Below are positions 26,447 to 40,297 of a stretch of DNA of 64,000 bases, piece after piece. How positions within the stretch are numbered: the first letter of the stretch is position 1; every line of letters starts with the position of its first letter. This DNA comes from Diadema antillarum (lineage: Eukaryota): NCBI RefSeq assembly GCF_040938485.1, contig NW_027270997.1, positions 496,001 through 560,000 on the forward strand, written 5' to 3'. The notes under the pieces are model-generated. The model worked only from the letters and a program-made list of their open reading frames with translations, did not search any database and was not told where the DNA came from. A program made the position numbers and the translations under genes.

Positions 26447-28205
26447 TAGTGAACATGTCATTCCATTGCAGTGTATTGCACTGCTTTTGTTTTTGTTTTT
26501 GCTTTCAGTTTCACACACATTTTCATTGGACAGGTTCCTTTAGCAATTATAAAACAGGACAACTGGACAGAACTTTGATCATCAAAGAAACACGATAAAA
26601 GTTGAGGGATTTCTTTTTGGTTTTGTTTTTATTTTTGGTGGATAAACTTTAAATCACATTTAAGCTGAAATATTGGCACATGTCACCATTTTGTACCAAT
26701 AGGCAATGTTTTAAGGAAAGAACAATTTCAAAAGAAACATTTTAATGACTAATGGATCCAAAAAGACGGCAACTACCTGTATTCTAGGCCTTAAGTTGAT
26801 GGTTTATATTAGCTCTAGTCTCAGCAATTTTTTTTTCTTTAAAGCTTGGTGGCAAAAAAGTATTAATAAATTAATACTACAAATAGCTTTAGGCAGCCAA
26901 TAGTTGTTCACTTACATCAACAGCCAAAGTTGGACAAACTATGGGCAGCCACATGTGCACTTTCTTTTTTTATTCACAAAATGCTTGTGTTACCCTTTGA
27001 ACATTCCAAAACAGAAAAAAATACCCAAATACCAGTTTGAAACTCGTTACCTGACTCTGCGCTGATGGATACTGGAAAAGTGTAAAACAATCTATGGGCG
27101 TGAGTTCAGGGAATGCATATGATGTAGTCATCATAATGACATGGCATGACATAGGTGGTCATGTGATGTGAACACTGCCCTCTATCAACAAAATTGAGCA
27201 GCAGTTTCATATATGCATGAATGCGAAAGAAACATGAAACATGATGGCGGTGTTTCTCTGATATCACACCAACTTGATCAATGATATGCAGTCAATGATA
27301 ATATGCTTTTAATGGTTTCATGATTCCTTTGAAAAATGAAACATAAAAATGTGTGCACACGTTTTCTGGCTGAGCAAAATTGCCAGCACTTAATAGTAAT
27401 CTCTAGAGAACAGAGAAAAACATGCATTGATATCCTACACTTCAGCTGGGAGAACTCAACATAGTTTTATGTCCTACAAATCAAATGTCTATGATAGGAA
27501 ATGTGTGCGGTCTGCTTAATGATCAGAATGAATAAATGACAGACAACCTTTACACTCACTTGTGAGCATTACATGAACTGTATTACTTGCAATTTTAAAG
27601 TAGTAAATATGTTATGTATTACTAGTATGTGGCTGTATAGAATCTCTACAAAGTATTTCATGAAACCAATTCAACATGGTGTGTTGGACAAAGACATGTC
27701 CATAAATATATTACATATAGGGAGCACAAAAATCTTTATAAACAAGCTTGATAAGCAGAAATGATAAAAGGATGTCACTTTCATATCATGGATAGATATT
27801 TAATTACAGCTGGAAGTACTCTAGAGTTTCATCAATTCTTTTACTCAGTTTCATGTTATCTATTCCTCTGCGTCCTAACGAAAGAGGTATATCAAGTTTT
27901 GCAGAATGGTAGGACCAGTGTGAGAGAACTTAGATTAAAATATTATCATACCTTTAGAACATAATCATTGTAAGAGCTCAACGAAACATCTATGATACAT
28001 CTTCAAGGATATAGGCAAGAACTTCTTTCTACTATCTCATTTTATAGTGAAGCTTTGTTAAAGTCTTGAAACGTGTGATATCATTCTATTGTTTTCTGTT
28101 TTCTCAAAAAGAGTGCTAAAACTGCTTCATCATATCAGACGAGAATCTTTGTTTTTTCTCCAAACTGCTGGTAAGCAATGACTGTAATTAGCAGATCATA
28201 CTTAC

Positions 28206-28295
28206 GTCGTCCTTTGGGTCCGGTTGTCGTTGTCGATGACGACGAGCTCTGTTGTACTGTTTTCGACATGCTGACTGAACTACTGCCACCGGGTC
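28206..28295 (-). CDS. SMTN: Smoothelin-like exon 4 (GPGGSSSVSMSKTVQQSSSSSTTTTGPKGR)
   Basis: ccctgttttgcccag|GA...CGA C|gtaagt, 90 nt, phase 1 to 1. Confidence 0.85.
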
Positions 28296-28931
28296 CTGGG
28301 CAAAACAGGGTGAAGAAAAAGTCCAATCAGGAGAAAGTGATAAATCCAATATATAAATCCAAACGCTTGGGTGTGGTCGGGAGTGCAGCTGATGGTGGTA
28401 TCTTCTTTAAAAGAAAACCTTTTTTTTTTCCAAAATATTCTGTTTTCCCGGTCAGAAATCTTGTCACAAAACAAGATCGCCTCAGAAGTTGAGAGTAATG
28501 ATTACATCACTCAATCAACACCAAGACTTTGAACGGGGATCGCTTGGGATGCACTTGGATAAAAAGCCCTGGGCTGGCTGCTGGATTAAGTTGGTGCACA
28601 GGTCCAAGAGACGGGGCGAGCTACAAGATGGATGGCAGTGCACACGACTCCAGAACAGATGACACCGGCATTCCTTACACCAACTTTGGCTTGGATGGCA
28701 TTAAGGCTCATGCCATGACGACAGCCGCTTCAACCTTAACCCTCTGGGTGCTCCCCTCCCTATAAAAAGCAACTCAGCTGCAAACATTCCTTGGAAACTG
28801 TGCACTGCCATTGGCACCCGAGTTGGTAGGGGTTAACGGGGAGGCAGTGTAATTGATCACAGTGGTGTGGGAGTTGAGATCTCCCTTGCTAAATACTAAC
28901 ATGGCCTTCTGGAATGACAAAGTGCGGTTAA

Positions 28932-29484
28932 AGGACAAGTACACCTTCATATTCATGTGGGTTGAGTGAATGCAGCAATAATTGTGGAACATATCAGTGA
29001 AAGTTTGGGAGAAATCTGACAATCCGTTCAAAAGTTATGAATTTTTAAAGTTTCTGTGCAGTCACTGCTGGATGAGAAGACCTACTGCAGTGTATGATGT
29101 CACATGCGTAGAACAGTATAAAGAAAATATAGAGAGACTCTTACTACAGTCTATTTTTTTCCAAAAGAGTGCACATTTCCATGACTTGTCACGGACATAT
29201 GTAAAGGAGGCAAGTGAAGTGTTCTGTTATTATGTGAGAAAAGTGAAAATATGCTGATTTTTCTTTATATTGTAGTACACATGTGACATCACAAGCTGTA
29301 GTCGTCTTCTGATACAGCTAGTGACTGAGCGGAAACTTAAAAAATTCATAACTTTTGAATGGAATGTCCGATTTTCCTCAAACTTTCACTGATGTGTTTT
29401 TCCAATATTTTTTGTGTTGCTTGAAGGTTTTCCAATATTGCTGCATTCATTAAATGTTCATGTCTATAAAGGTGGACTTGTCCT
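28932..29484. mobile_element. TTAA-flanked Kolobok-like MITE, family B copy 1
   Basis: ttaa|aggacaagtacacctt ... aaggtggacttgtcct|ttaa. Confidence 0.8.
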
Positions 29485-30924
29485 TTAAGGTAAGGAAGAG
29501 GGGCATATGTAATGCTAACATACACAGTGATGATTTTCTTGTATCTCATCTCCTAGACAGGCCACACATCTCCATTTCTTCTTGGGGTGTGTTTTGTTTT
29601 GCTCTGCTTTGCATTGTTTTGAATACTGCCAGTTAAAAGAAGAAAGCAAAATTTAAACCAATCTTTAAAATGGCTTGTGGTATGCTGATGTCAAGGGGGC
29701 GGGGGAATGATAATAACAAGGGGTGAGCTATCAACTGCACAGATCATTATCCATTCAACTCTTGTCATGTGACTTACATTCTGTGCATACTGAACATGAT
29801 AATCTGTCTTTAACTGAACTCACAATCACCTCTAGAATTTTGGGAGCTTAAAGACGCAATTCTAGAGCAAAGGTATTTCTAGGAATCATCAATGGTCAAT
29901 ATTCTTTTGTTGTTGAATCAGTTTCAGATATGTTAAAACTGCTGTCCAATATTTACCTAACATGAAATCATCTTTTCTCCACAGTAATTCAATTGATTCA
30001 GTTGTGTATTTATATAAAAAAATATGTGTCTGATATTTATGTGTGTGTGTTAGTGAGTAGCAATGCATTTAAATTCATTCTTTCAAATTAAAAGTTTGAA
30101 TGCGAAAATAGATAAATTCCATTTTCACAGGCTTTTTTAGTAAGGACATGATAAGATAAAGAAAAAAATGAATCTTTTCAATGATGCTGCACTCATTACA
30201 TAACAAGAAATGTATTTGAAGATACCATCATAATTATCACATATATTCTAATTACTCTCTCTGTTTTTCATCTTAAATATCTCAGTTGACGAAAATGGAT
30301 ATACTGGTTTTTGCATTCAAATTCTTCATGTATACAGTATCTTGTCTTGTGTTGGGGAATTGCCCTCTGCAATGGCATGAAGTAATGCCTTTGACTTCAG
30401 AGATCAAACCTTTCCGCATGTTTTGGTCCCAACCATGTTCATACATGAGCCAACGGGGGTACATTAAGCGCACACGTAGGCACGAGCATTCAAACATGTT
30501 TACATGCCCAAATTCCTGGGATGGTCTCGGCATTAGTTGTGCTGCAGCGCCATCTCTTGAAATCTCCACCACACAACACAGTGGGTATAAGGATATGATG
30601 GACTGACTGGACTCCGTTGAAGTTATGTTAACCCTTCTACTGCAGAATTTTGAAATCCCTATATACTTTGTGCACAGAGTTCCTGGTCAGTGTTGGCATG
30701 GGGTTTATGTATATCCTCTTCAGTTCAAATTCCTCTCCTCACATGTAAAGATAGAATAACATTGTCAGAAGTCAAGCTCATACTTATAATCCACTCTGTT
30801 CAAATGGTAATACAACTGTCTTATCATTAATCTTTGGATGTCATGATACACTTGCTTTAACGGCACCACCTTACACTGATAGGTGCTATCTGCAATCAAC
30901 AACTTGATCAATGATTGTAGAATA

Positions 30925-31245
30925 CGTTTCAGTTAATTCCAAGTATTTCATAAGCTCAATAAAACCCATCAATTTAAACAAAGAATACAAATTTCAATGA
31001 TTTCTGGAAAGAAATACAGGTTAAACTTTAATCAAAGACCTGATGAATAAATGCAACATAAGTGTTAGTTGACTTCAAGTATTTTTCATATGCTCAATAT
31101 AACTCATCCAAAAAATTCAAATAATTTTTTAAAGAAATATAGGTAAAACTTTAATAAAAAACTTGACGAGTACTTGCAACATAAGTTACAGTTGACTTCA
31201 AGTGTTTTTTTTTTTTTAATAAATAAGCTAAATATAACTCATCTC
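30925..31245. repeat. Diverged tandem repeat, ~120-140 bp x ~2.5
   Basis: Recurring cagttgacttcaagt, gctcaatataactcatc and aaagaaata(c/t)agg...aaactttaat. Confidence 0.65.
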
Positions 31246-33382
31246 AAAGTGTCCAGTATTTCTGGATTATTAACTTACCGACGGTGACACTTCTTGATTC
31301 TTGTGCCATAGATTGTGATTTGAATCCTGTATCTGTGTTACAGAATGAGAAGGGAAGCAAGTTAGTATGAATCCAACTTTGTGTTCATTGGGGAAAAAAA
31401 TGTTTGTGGATATTAATCATTCTGTTCCCGTGTAAATGAGTATCATGACCAGAAATCATAGGAAATGTTTCACTTCAAAAGTGGCTGGGAAATAAGGAGA
31501 GTCATTCTATAACTGCCTGACTTACAGTTGATCAGACAGCTAATTGCCTGAATAACTGAATATCTCATTATTGTCTTGTTTCACCCACCAGTTGATTCAC
31601 TAGAAAACTGCCTAAGTAGATAAATGGCTTGTTGAATATTTCATTGAATGACCTAGTAACACTGACAAAGGGACTACTGAGAAACTAACCACATGCCTGA
31701 CTGAACTAAAGATGATGGTCCAAAAAGTGAGATAGAGCTATCAATTCATAAATACTAACAATTAATGAAAATTTTCAGAAAACCCTCATTATCATAATTT
31801 TCACACACTTGATTTCTATTAATGAAAATGTATTAATTTAAATTCAGTAGATCAAAAAACTTCATCAAAAGAATTTTGAAAAGCATTTGCTACAGCTTAA
31901 TCCCTCCCCTTAAAAATTGAAATCCCTAAGCCTGATAAACTATAAACTATAATTGATTTGAACTCCTCAATGGTAATTTACAGAACAGAAATTAGTTGGA
32001 CTTCACCATAATGTAAATAATGATATTCCAAAGTAAAAGTGATCCTTGCTGACACATATAAACCAGACAAGTAGGTAATATTTGTCATATATTAATCATA
32101 AAACATCATCAACACAGATAAATAATCAACCACTCTATTTTGCAATGATGACTTCATGCTAAGATAAGTAATATGAAACAAAATTGAACAGTGTCGTTAA
32201 ACAGTCTCCAGTTATGTATTGATGGATTTGTTCAGTATAGGGTACTGAATTATTTCTGTTAAAACAGACAATACATGCTAAATAATTAACAACATTCAAA
32301 ACACATTTAGTTTTAACACTCAAAGGAATATCAAAAGTCAACAATACAACAAAAATGTTATTCCTTTGAAATTCACATTTCAATATTAAAATGGCAGTTA
32401 TTGATTACAGTGAAAAGAAATGGTAAGAAAACACGCATGCATGAATTTATTCAAGTGTGTGAGTCATTTCAACAACATATGGATGAATGCACTTTTGTTT
32501 GTTTTATTGAATTGATCTTGAAACCTGCACAGCAGTTTGTTTGGTAATGGAATCTTGGATTTCTTTTTCTTTTTTTAAATCAAATTTAAATGCAACATCC
32601 ATAAATTTCATAAGGCTGAACTAAAACTGTGTTTCATAGACTATGCCTTGTCACATCAGACAAAAACATATGACAAATATTAACAAATAGGACACATTAT
32701 TCAAATTAATTAAAGTTATAACAGCAAGACCAGACATTGTTTTATGTTGTTGTTTAATTGAAATACAAAATATGATACAATAAAGTAAAACAAAACACAA
32801 AGAGACAGCCAAACCTGTGTTTTGCAGCTTCTAACGTGGAAAAGAAAAAATGAAATTTGTGAGGTGTTCACTTTTCGTAGAGATATTTGCCTTACCAGTA
32901 TAGAGGCCTTTTAATTATCATAATTTTTCATTTTGCTAAAATTTGTGAAGGCCTTTTATTTGGTAATTGGCAAAACTGTTTCATCACTTTGTGATATCAT
33001 GAGCAGGTCATCACTACATCAAGTGACACTGCATGTTGAAAAACCTGGCCATGTAAGACACGATACCACTATGCACACGGTCTTTGACAAAGTATTTTTC
33101 TGGCCATTTAACCCTGGTGACTGTTAAAAATTGCTGGTAACCTATACAAGTTTAGCAGAGTAATTGAAAGACCATTAAAAAGTTGAGAAAAACTGGTTAT
33201 GAACAGACCAAGGTTAACATCTTTATTAGATTCACATGAAACTCATGGAATGATCTTTAAAGTGAGCTGTGATTAATGAGATTAAATCAGGCAATGCTCT
33301 TGAACACTCCACACCAAATGAAGGGGTAGCCAAATGAGAACGTGGCATATTTTGGAAACAAAATAGTGTTTGCTGCCATCAC

Positions 33383-33631
33383 CTTCCGTTTTGCTCAATA
33401 TCGTGGTCTGCATACTCTTGCTGCTCCCCGTGTCCCGAACGGTCGTCTGGACAAGAGTTTTAGTCTTACCATCTTCTGACGTCTTCGTCGTCGTCTGCGT
33501 CTTCTCCTGGCCTGGCGTGATGACGTTCAGTCCCACTGCCTTCATTCGCTGCTGGGCGGACTCGACCTCCAGTTTGTGCATCTTCTCCTCGAACTGCTTC
33601 TCCTGCTCATGGATCTTTTGCTCCCGTTCGT
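33383..33631 (-). CDS. SMTN: Smoothelin-like exon 3 (DEREQKIHEQEKQFEEKMHKLE...TTILSKTE)
   Basis: ttttccgacacag|AC...GAA G|gtgatg, 249 nt, phase 1 to 1. Short coiled coil followed by Thr/Ser/Lys-rich sequence. Confidence 0.85.
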
Positions 33632-34224
33632 CTGTGTCGGAAAAGACGCGGTGGTGTCCACGTGAGAACGTCAAAACAAAACTTTGTCAGACAGCGCACG
33701 CACAACTAAGAACCCCCATTTTACTTCACTATGAAAAAAAATTACGAGTCTGAAGGCAAGCTGAAGAAAGAGAAAATATATGTTTTGCACAAACTTCAGA
33801 GGTAAGAACTATATTCCGACCAATGTACTTCTGAACTTCCATGTACTTGATAAAATCTAGGATCTGCAATCTGTTTAAAGATGGTAAAGTGTAACACTAC
33901 TAGATGATAAACCAACTGTCAGGTTCATCTGAGGCAGAAAACATTAAAGTCAACACTAGGCGACATGATAAAGTTAGCTAACTGCTGAGTAATGTAGGCA
34001 TAGCATTAACAAAATAGATGATCTGAAAAATCTCTATGCATTGATAAAGCATGTTCAACCACAGCATTCATGAAGTTGGATTGATACAATCAAGAAAATC
34101 ATGAAAAGAAGTGGTTATGAGAATCAGCAAAGCATTATGGCATATCTTGGTAAAGAAAATAATTCCCCCTGCAACTGCAAATTCATCGGGCTATAAACCT
34201 TTGAATCAGGACCGACTCCCTTAC

Positions 34225-34300
34225 CTCTCTTCTTTTTCCTGACTTCCCGCAGCCGTGCTCGGATCTTCTTGCGCTCGTCGAACTCCGTAGCCTCTTCCAG
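34225..34300 (-). CDS. SMTN: Smoothelin-like exon 2 (LEEATEFDERKKIRARLREVRKKKR)
   Basis: tgttctctggcag|CTG...AGA G|gtaagg, 76 nt, phase 0 to 1. Smoothelin motif of the type LE..TEFDERKKIRA.LRE. Confidence 0.9.
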
Positions 34301-36035
34301 CTGCCAGAGAACACAAACACGAAATGAGAACCGAGATGGGTAACACCACCAGACATACGCATCATCTCCAGCACTGACACCACTATCGGTATCCACTTTT
34401 CCTCCTCCAATAACCCTCTCCCCTCCTCCTCCTCCTCCCCATCCCTGCCCTCCTATTCCTCCTCATCTCATTTTTTTTAAACTCATCACTAAACATCTCA
34501 GAAAAGAAGAAGTAAAAGAGAAGAAGAAGAAAAAAGAAAACTGTGAAATCGAGCAGAGCAACACGCCGGGCTGAACCCATGTTGGTGGTTTGCACGCTAC
34601 AAGCGGCGATCCAGGGAGATGCGCGAGAAAAGGTGATTTGGCGCAGGTGCTCTTCTGGATCAGCAAATCTTAAACCGTGACACAGATGTGTTTACCCATC
34701 AAAGGCAACCTTATTACCAAATTCGCAGGGGCTGCTCAGGCCACAATGGAATCTCACCAGTAATTTTCCAGTGCAGTATGAAGGCAATGATGTAGTGGAA
34801 AGAAGGTAATTAGTTTAATTAAGATGCAAATTGGTTGGCCTCGCACAATTGGTGAAGTTTGAACACTTTAAAAAAGGCTTGTTTAGTTGAAGGATTGTAC
34901 TGTGACACTGGTGTTAAAAAGTAGCAATATGGAGATTATGAATGAAGGGAATAGGGAGGGGGAAAATTCTTGGGGAAAAATTCTTGTAATTCAGTAATGA
35001 GAAACACTGAGGGTAAAGAGAAGATGAATTGTGAATGAAACACTGCCTGCAGGAAAATGCTGGAAGTGCACGCCTGTAGCCAGAGGTACACTCCAGTTGA
35101 ACAACATTTAACCAATCGCTTGCGAGTTATTGCAGTTCACAATTAACTCTATGCATGGTGCACACAAACACACAATACATATCGTTTTTGTAATCAAAGG
35201 GTTACGCTAATTGTGCAGTTATACACATCCATTCACAAAAGTGTAACCTGTCCACCCAATTAAAAAAAAAAAGAAATTAGGTATCAGTGGGGAAAATTGG
35301 TTTCAATGGTTTCAATCTGATGATTTTTAGGCACCTTACAACAATATTGTGCCCCTATGATATGGAGGTGGGGGGGGGGGGGGTGAATATGGGGCAATGA
35401 CATCAAAGTATGTGTGGTTAAACAGATGAAAAATGTTTGCAGAGTTTTATTGCAAAATGAGCTAAGCACCATTTTTAAACACTTCAAAGTAAGTCCATCA
35501 TCAGATAGAGCAAAATTAGACCTTTCCCGTAATACCTCACTTGTGACATAACAAGGGATATTCTAGAAGTTATGATTAAAAATATCCTGTATTTTCTTAT
35601 TATCTTCTATGTTTTTTAGCAGTTTTAATCATAAATATCTCAACATAACAAGAATGGATTTAGCTCGTTTGTAATAAAACTCTTCATTTGTATATGGACA
35701 GTGAGAAAGGGATTGATGAGCATGAGAGTGAAATGGAGAAGAACAATGGTCTCTGTCAACATCCACTAATCTTTTACACTTTCAGGGAGATGGATGGGGG
35801 GGGGGGGGGGGTTGGAGGAGAAAGTGGGTAGAGGGAAGGGGGAAGGGGTTACTGTCTGGAGGTAGGGTTGATTCTTAAGTATCATGTTGTGCATGACTAC
35901 AAACATTTGTACTCTATACAAAGCTAGATTGACTGACAGTGAGGAAGGGGCAAAGAGGTGCAACAAGGAACATAATATTGGTAGCGTCATCAATGTAGGA
36001 AAACATCTCGAGAGTACATTGCCATGCAATGTTAA

Positions 36036-36585
36036 AGGACAAGATCACTTATACATGTATATACATGTGGATGAAGTGAATGCAGCAATATTACTAGGAC
36101 ACATTAGTGAAAGTTTGGGGAAAATTTGACAATCTGTTCAAAAGTTATGAATTTTTAAATTACCTGTGCAGTCACTGCCGGATGAGAAGACTACTACAAT
36201 GTATAATGTCACAGGCGTACAAGGATATAAGGAAAATGTAAAGAGAATTTTACAAAATCTTATTCTTTGAAAAAAAGTGCACATTTCCTCAACCTGTCAC
36301 TGATGTATGTTAAGGGTAATATTATTCCTCCTGCCTTCTAAAAGAGGCAAGTGAAGCGTTCTTTTCTTATGTGAGAAAAGTGAAAATATGTCTATCTTTA
36401 TGTTTTCTTTATATCGTTGTACACATGTGACATCACAAGCTGTAGTAGTCTTCTCATCCAGCAGTAACTGAGCGGAAACTTCAAAAATTCTTTTGAATGG
36501 GTCGCCCAATTTTCCTCAAACTCTACTTCTACTAATATTGCTGCATTCACTCAATCCGCATGTCTATGACAGGTGAATTTGTCCT
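36036..36585. mobile_element. TTAA-flanked Kolobok-like MITE, family B copy 2
   Basis: ttaa|aggacaagatcac ... gtgaatttgtcct|ttaa. Internal sequence is co-linear with 28932-29484. Confidence 0.8.
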
Positions 36586-36597
36586 TTAAAGTCCAAA

Positions 36598-37390
36598 TGT
36601 GACCGTGCATCACAAAGCCCCCAAAAAGTCGCATGCCCTGATTTTATATGAGGACTTCAAAATAGGTGAAACAATTCAACCTAGTCAAATTTTAGATTTC
36701 AATATTTTCTGACAGAGCTATTCTTCTTCTACATTGCTCTTTCAAAGTTTGGGATCATAAAATGAGTGGGAAATTGTGTTTTCAGCTGTTTTTCTGGAAC
36801 ACTTTTTTTACTGTAGAATGGAATAATTAGGTATGTCTTATAGGTCCCTTTTCATTTCTTCAAAATCTTTTAACCCGTTGAGGACGGTTTGATTTTGCTT
36901 CAACACGCATTTCCCATAGACACCTGCCCGAGTATACCCGGGACTTGTCCTCAATGGGTTAAACACTCTTCACTTTCATCTCTAATAACTTTTGAAAGGA
37001 CGGCACTACTACTTAGAAAGTTATTAGTCATGACATGGACAGAATGTGTTCGTAGAGCATGCTCAGTTTCAGCTTAATCTGATGATCCCTTCAATGTTGT
37101 TGCTATGGTGTTTTGCATCCTATTCTCTTTTTTTTTACCCATTCACTGCATAGCTAGCATGGCTTAGTAACATTATGCCCTTGAACAGATCCTACACTTT
37201 GGAGCTTACTTTCTCAGTACACTCTTTCCACAGTGTGTGCCTTCTTTCCAATATTTAGATAGGTTAGGAGAGTCCATTTAAATTGAGTTATACATCATTT
37301 CAAAGCTTAGAGTCTGTTCTTTCAGAATCTACCCTTAACTAAAAATCCATGTCGGGCAACTTTTTGTTGGCTTTGTGATGTAGGGTTACA
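36598..37390. mobile_element. TIR element (TGTGACC...GGTTACA termini) hosting a nested piggyBac-like MITE
   Basis: tgtgaccgtgcatcacaaagcc / ggctttgtgatgtagggttaca form an inverted terminal pair. Confidence 0.6.
36874..36958. mobile_element. 85-bp piggyBac-like MITE
   Basis: ttaa|cccgttgaggac ... gtcctcaatggg|ttaa: TTAA TSD with CCC/GGG termini. Confidence 0.75.
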
Positions 37391-38791
37391 AATGCAGTAT
37401 GAACAAACTGGTAAAAGTTCATCAAAAAACTGGACACAAAATAGAAGTTATGTAGTCTTAAATTTCCACAGGTTCCCCTTGAATAGTGTCATTGGCAAAT
37501 AACCACATATTCACATTTTATGAGGCAATAATGTCATAAACTTATACCTCTCTTGTTGATTTGGCCACAAGAATCTTGGCAACACACACAACTACAACTG
37601 CTTTTATTCTTATATTCATCATGTTGGTGTGTTATTGCAATACAACAGAAAATATGATGCAAAGGATACACATTTTCTTTATGATTTCATGCTAAAAATA
37701 AAGTTATATTTCATTCAATTTTGTGCATGGCCAGCATAAAATTTAAAAATGCATAACTTGATCCCCCTCATCTCATTTGCAAGGATGGTTGCTCATGGCA
37801 TCGCAGTTTGGTAATGACCTACAAAACTTTTAACATTCCGTAATTTCTTATTCTGGGTTCAATTTTCATGAAACTTCCACAGTACACTTTTGCTGCATTT
37901 TACTTTATAGATAAAAACCCATTGGAAATTGACATTGGATTTTGCATTATCTTCAATCTTTAAATGTGTCCGAGATAATATAATTAGTATGAATGGTATG
38001 GATCTGTTAAATAAACACATCTTGACCTGCTAGTTACTTTTTTGTCTTGTGACATTCTTAATTCGTCTTTCTTTTCATCAACTACAAAACTTGCTCCCTG
38101 CTGTGTGAAAGACTCTCATGTTTGATTACTGGCTAATGAAAATGTCACCCCAGATACCAGTCAACATGAAACTGTCCTTCATCATGACCTCCCTACACAT
38201 TATTTATCCCATTATCCACCCCATCTTCCTCTTCCTCCTATGTATAATGATTGTTTCAAACATCAGTGCAGGTGACACTGGCAGCTAATTTGCCTCCCAA
38301 CCAGCTGAGTTTATCAACATGACGCCCAGGAAATCATAAAGTCAAAGGCCAAGGAGGCGAATCGGACAGACACACCGAAAAGCCTCCAGTGGTGGGCTTC
38401 AGACAGAGGGTGGTATATACAATCAACTCACAATAATCCTAACACAGTGGCTATGTTTACTTTGGACTTTGAAGTTTTAGTTATTGGTCTTAAAACCATG
38501 TCACATTTTGTGATGCTTGACAAAGTATAAAAATCAAACTAAAATGATTGAACCTAAAAAGATTGAACCTAGAAAATTGAAGCTAAAATTCGAAAATTAC
38601 AGAATGTGAAAATTTTACATGTTTCTACCTAACTGTAATATCATTAGCAACCATCCATCTGAACATTAACAAAGCACTGATAACTCAGCAGAAGATACCA
38701 CTGTGAATCTAAAGATTGAAATATAAAAACATTCAATTCATACAAAAAAAAAGAAAAATGATAAAATGATAAAATCAAAATTCTAACTCAC

Positions 38792-38839
38792 CATCTTCTC
38801 CAGGGTGCTCTCATCTTCAATATTCTCTATCGGCGCCAT
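38792..38839 (-). CDS. SMTN: Smoothelin-like coding exon 1 (MAPIENIEDESTLEKM); exon itself begins at acceptor 38863
   Basis: Minus strand reads cttcctccatcttccag|AGCCCG...gtcgccATGGcg...AAGATG|gtgagt. The ATG has a strong Kozak context and the donor is phase 0. The 8 codons upstream of the ATG are also open, so an N-terminal extension is possible. Confidence 0.8.
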
Positions 38840-40213
38840 GGCGACAGTCCTCAACGTCGGGCTCTGGAAGATGGAGGAAGAAAATCAATGATTTAAAATA
38901 CATCATCATCTTGGGCAAGCATACTCTAAATTAACCATAATAATGTAATCACAAATTGGCAACTATTTTCAAAGCATACGTATCAACTTCAAGAAGTGTT
39001 TAGACTTCATTAAGGCCGAAGAAAAAAAAAATAGAGAATGCAAAGAAAGGAAAAATACAAGTGTATCTGTGTTGATGATACCACCTCAGCAAATTTCCTG
39101 TGGTTCACTCTGTCATAATTACTGGCAACTACAAACACCAAGTCAGAGGGTTCATTTTGAGGATCAAATGTGACTTGAATAACAATGGGCATAGAGAACA
39201 TACAAAGGTTAAGGGTATTGAGAGGGGTGTACTCTATCCTTGACCACCAGAGAAAACCATGATTCAAAGCCATCGCCAAAACCAAAGTCATTGATACCAT
39301 GAAAGACTGCTTCCTCCATCCAGTCAGAAGTTTTAGAGTCATGGTTCTGAATCAACTCACAGCACACAAAATTACCACTCCTACCTCTCTACCTCTAGTC
39401 CTTATGATACCTCAAACCATTTTCTGCACCATTCAAGGTGTTATGCAATTGAAAACAAAAGGCTTTTCTCAGCCCCCACTCCCTCCCCCATCTCATAACT
39501 ACATGCCACACACTTTTTAAAATGATTTTTCAAACCCATATGCTATGAATGACATTTGATATGATAATAATCTCTTCAAGAGTCAACGTTTTGATTTTCC
39601 ATTGTTTAAAGTTCTACTAAAGAATAGGGTGTGTTGCAGACATTTCACAGCATGCTTTAATTAACCTTTCAAATGATTTTTTTTTTGCTTGTTTGCAAAT
39701 GATTACCTCATTAAACAGATCTAGAAGATTCTGATATTTTTAAATGACAAGTGGCAGTAGGCAAATCAAAGAAAACCACACACAAAATAGTCNNNNNNNN
39801 NNNNNNNNNNNNNNNNNNNNNNNNNNNNNNNNNNNNNNNNNNNNNNNNNNNNNNNNNNNNNNNNNNNNNNNNNNNNNNNNNNNNNNNNNNNNNNNNNNNN
39901 NNNNNNNNNNNNNNNNNNNNNNNNNNNNNNNNNCCTTACAGACTACTGCATTTGAGGTCATTACAAATTTAGAAAAAGTACAATGAAATTCTAAATATTG
40001 ATAAGGTTCGACATGATAACAACTTTGATTACAGATATGCTGATAACTGAAGACATGCTACATCCACTCAGTGTTAATGATAAATGAAAACAGAGTATGT
40101 TCAAATTGGAATTACTCAAAAATTTCTACAAGACCAAATCAGTGATAAAGGAGAGGTATTCATATCTTCCTAAGATGAAGCAGTTTCATCTGAAACATAA
40201 TCCAGTTACTTAA

Positions 40214-40297
40214 CCCTTCATGTTCCAGACACTTTGGACAGCATGTACAATGATATGGATTATTCTGCACCAATTAGCACTCAAGGCGCATAAAGGG
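40214..40297. mobile_element. Short piggyBac-like MITE, different family
   Basis: ttaa|cccttcatg ... cataaaggg|ttag. Confidence 0.45.

Larger units (their letters stand above)
16741..38839 (-). other. SMTN: Smoothelin-family gene, coding span (8 exons, 353 aa predicted)
   Basis: Exons 38839-38792, 34300-34225, 33631-33383, 28295-28206, 21132-21033, 20131-19918, 18232-18081 and 16873-16741 all have GT-AG boundaries with matching phases (0,1,1,1,2,0,2). They sum to 1062 nt with no internal stop. The N-terminus MAPIENIEDESTLEKMLEEATEFDERKKIRARLRE and the C-terminal CH domain match the smoothelin family from recall. Assignment among SMTN/SMTNL paralogs cannot be resolved here. Confidence 0.9.

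Noticed and set aside
28761-28768. TATAAAAA as an internal smoothelin promoter
   Set aside because: It is on the plus strand, the wrong orientation for this gene, and no plus-strand exon follows.
30925-31245. Repeat-spacer-like tandem arrays as CRISPR, also at 60645-60835
   Set aside because: The units are diverged whole-unit duplications in eukaryotic DNA, with no unique spacers or cas genes.
34301-34410. Extra exon upstream of exon 2 using the gtatgt donor at 34358
   Set aside because: It would need a 58-nt intron, and the phase-0 frame contains a stop.
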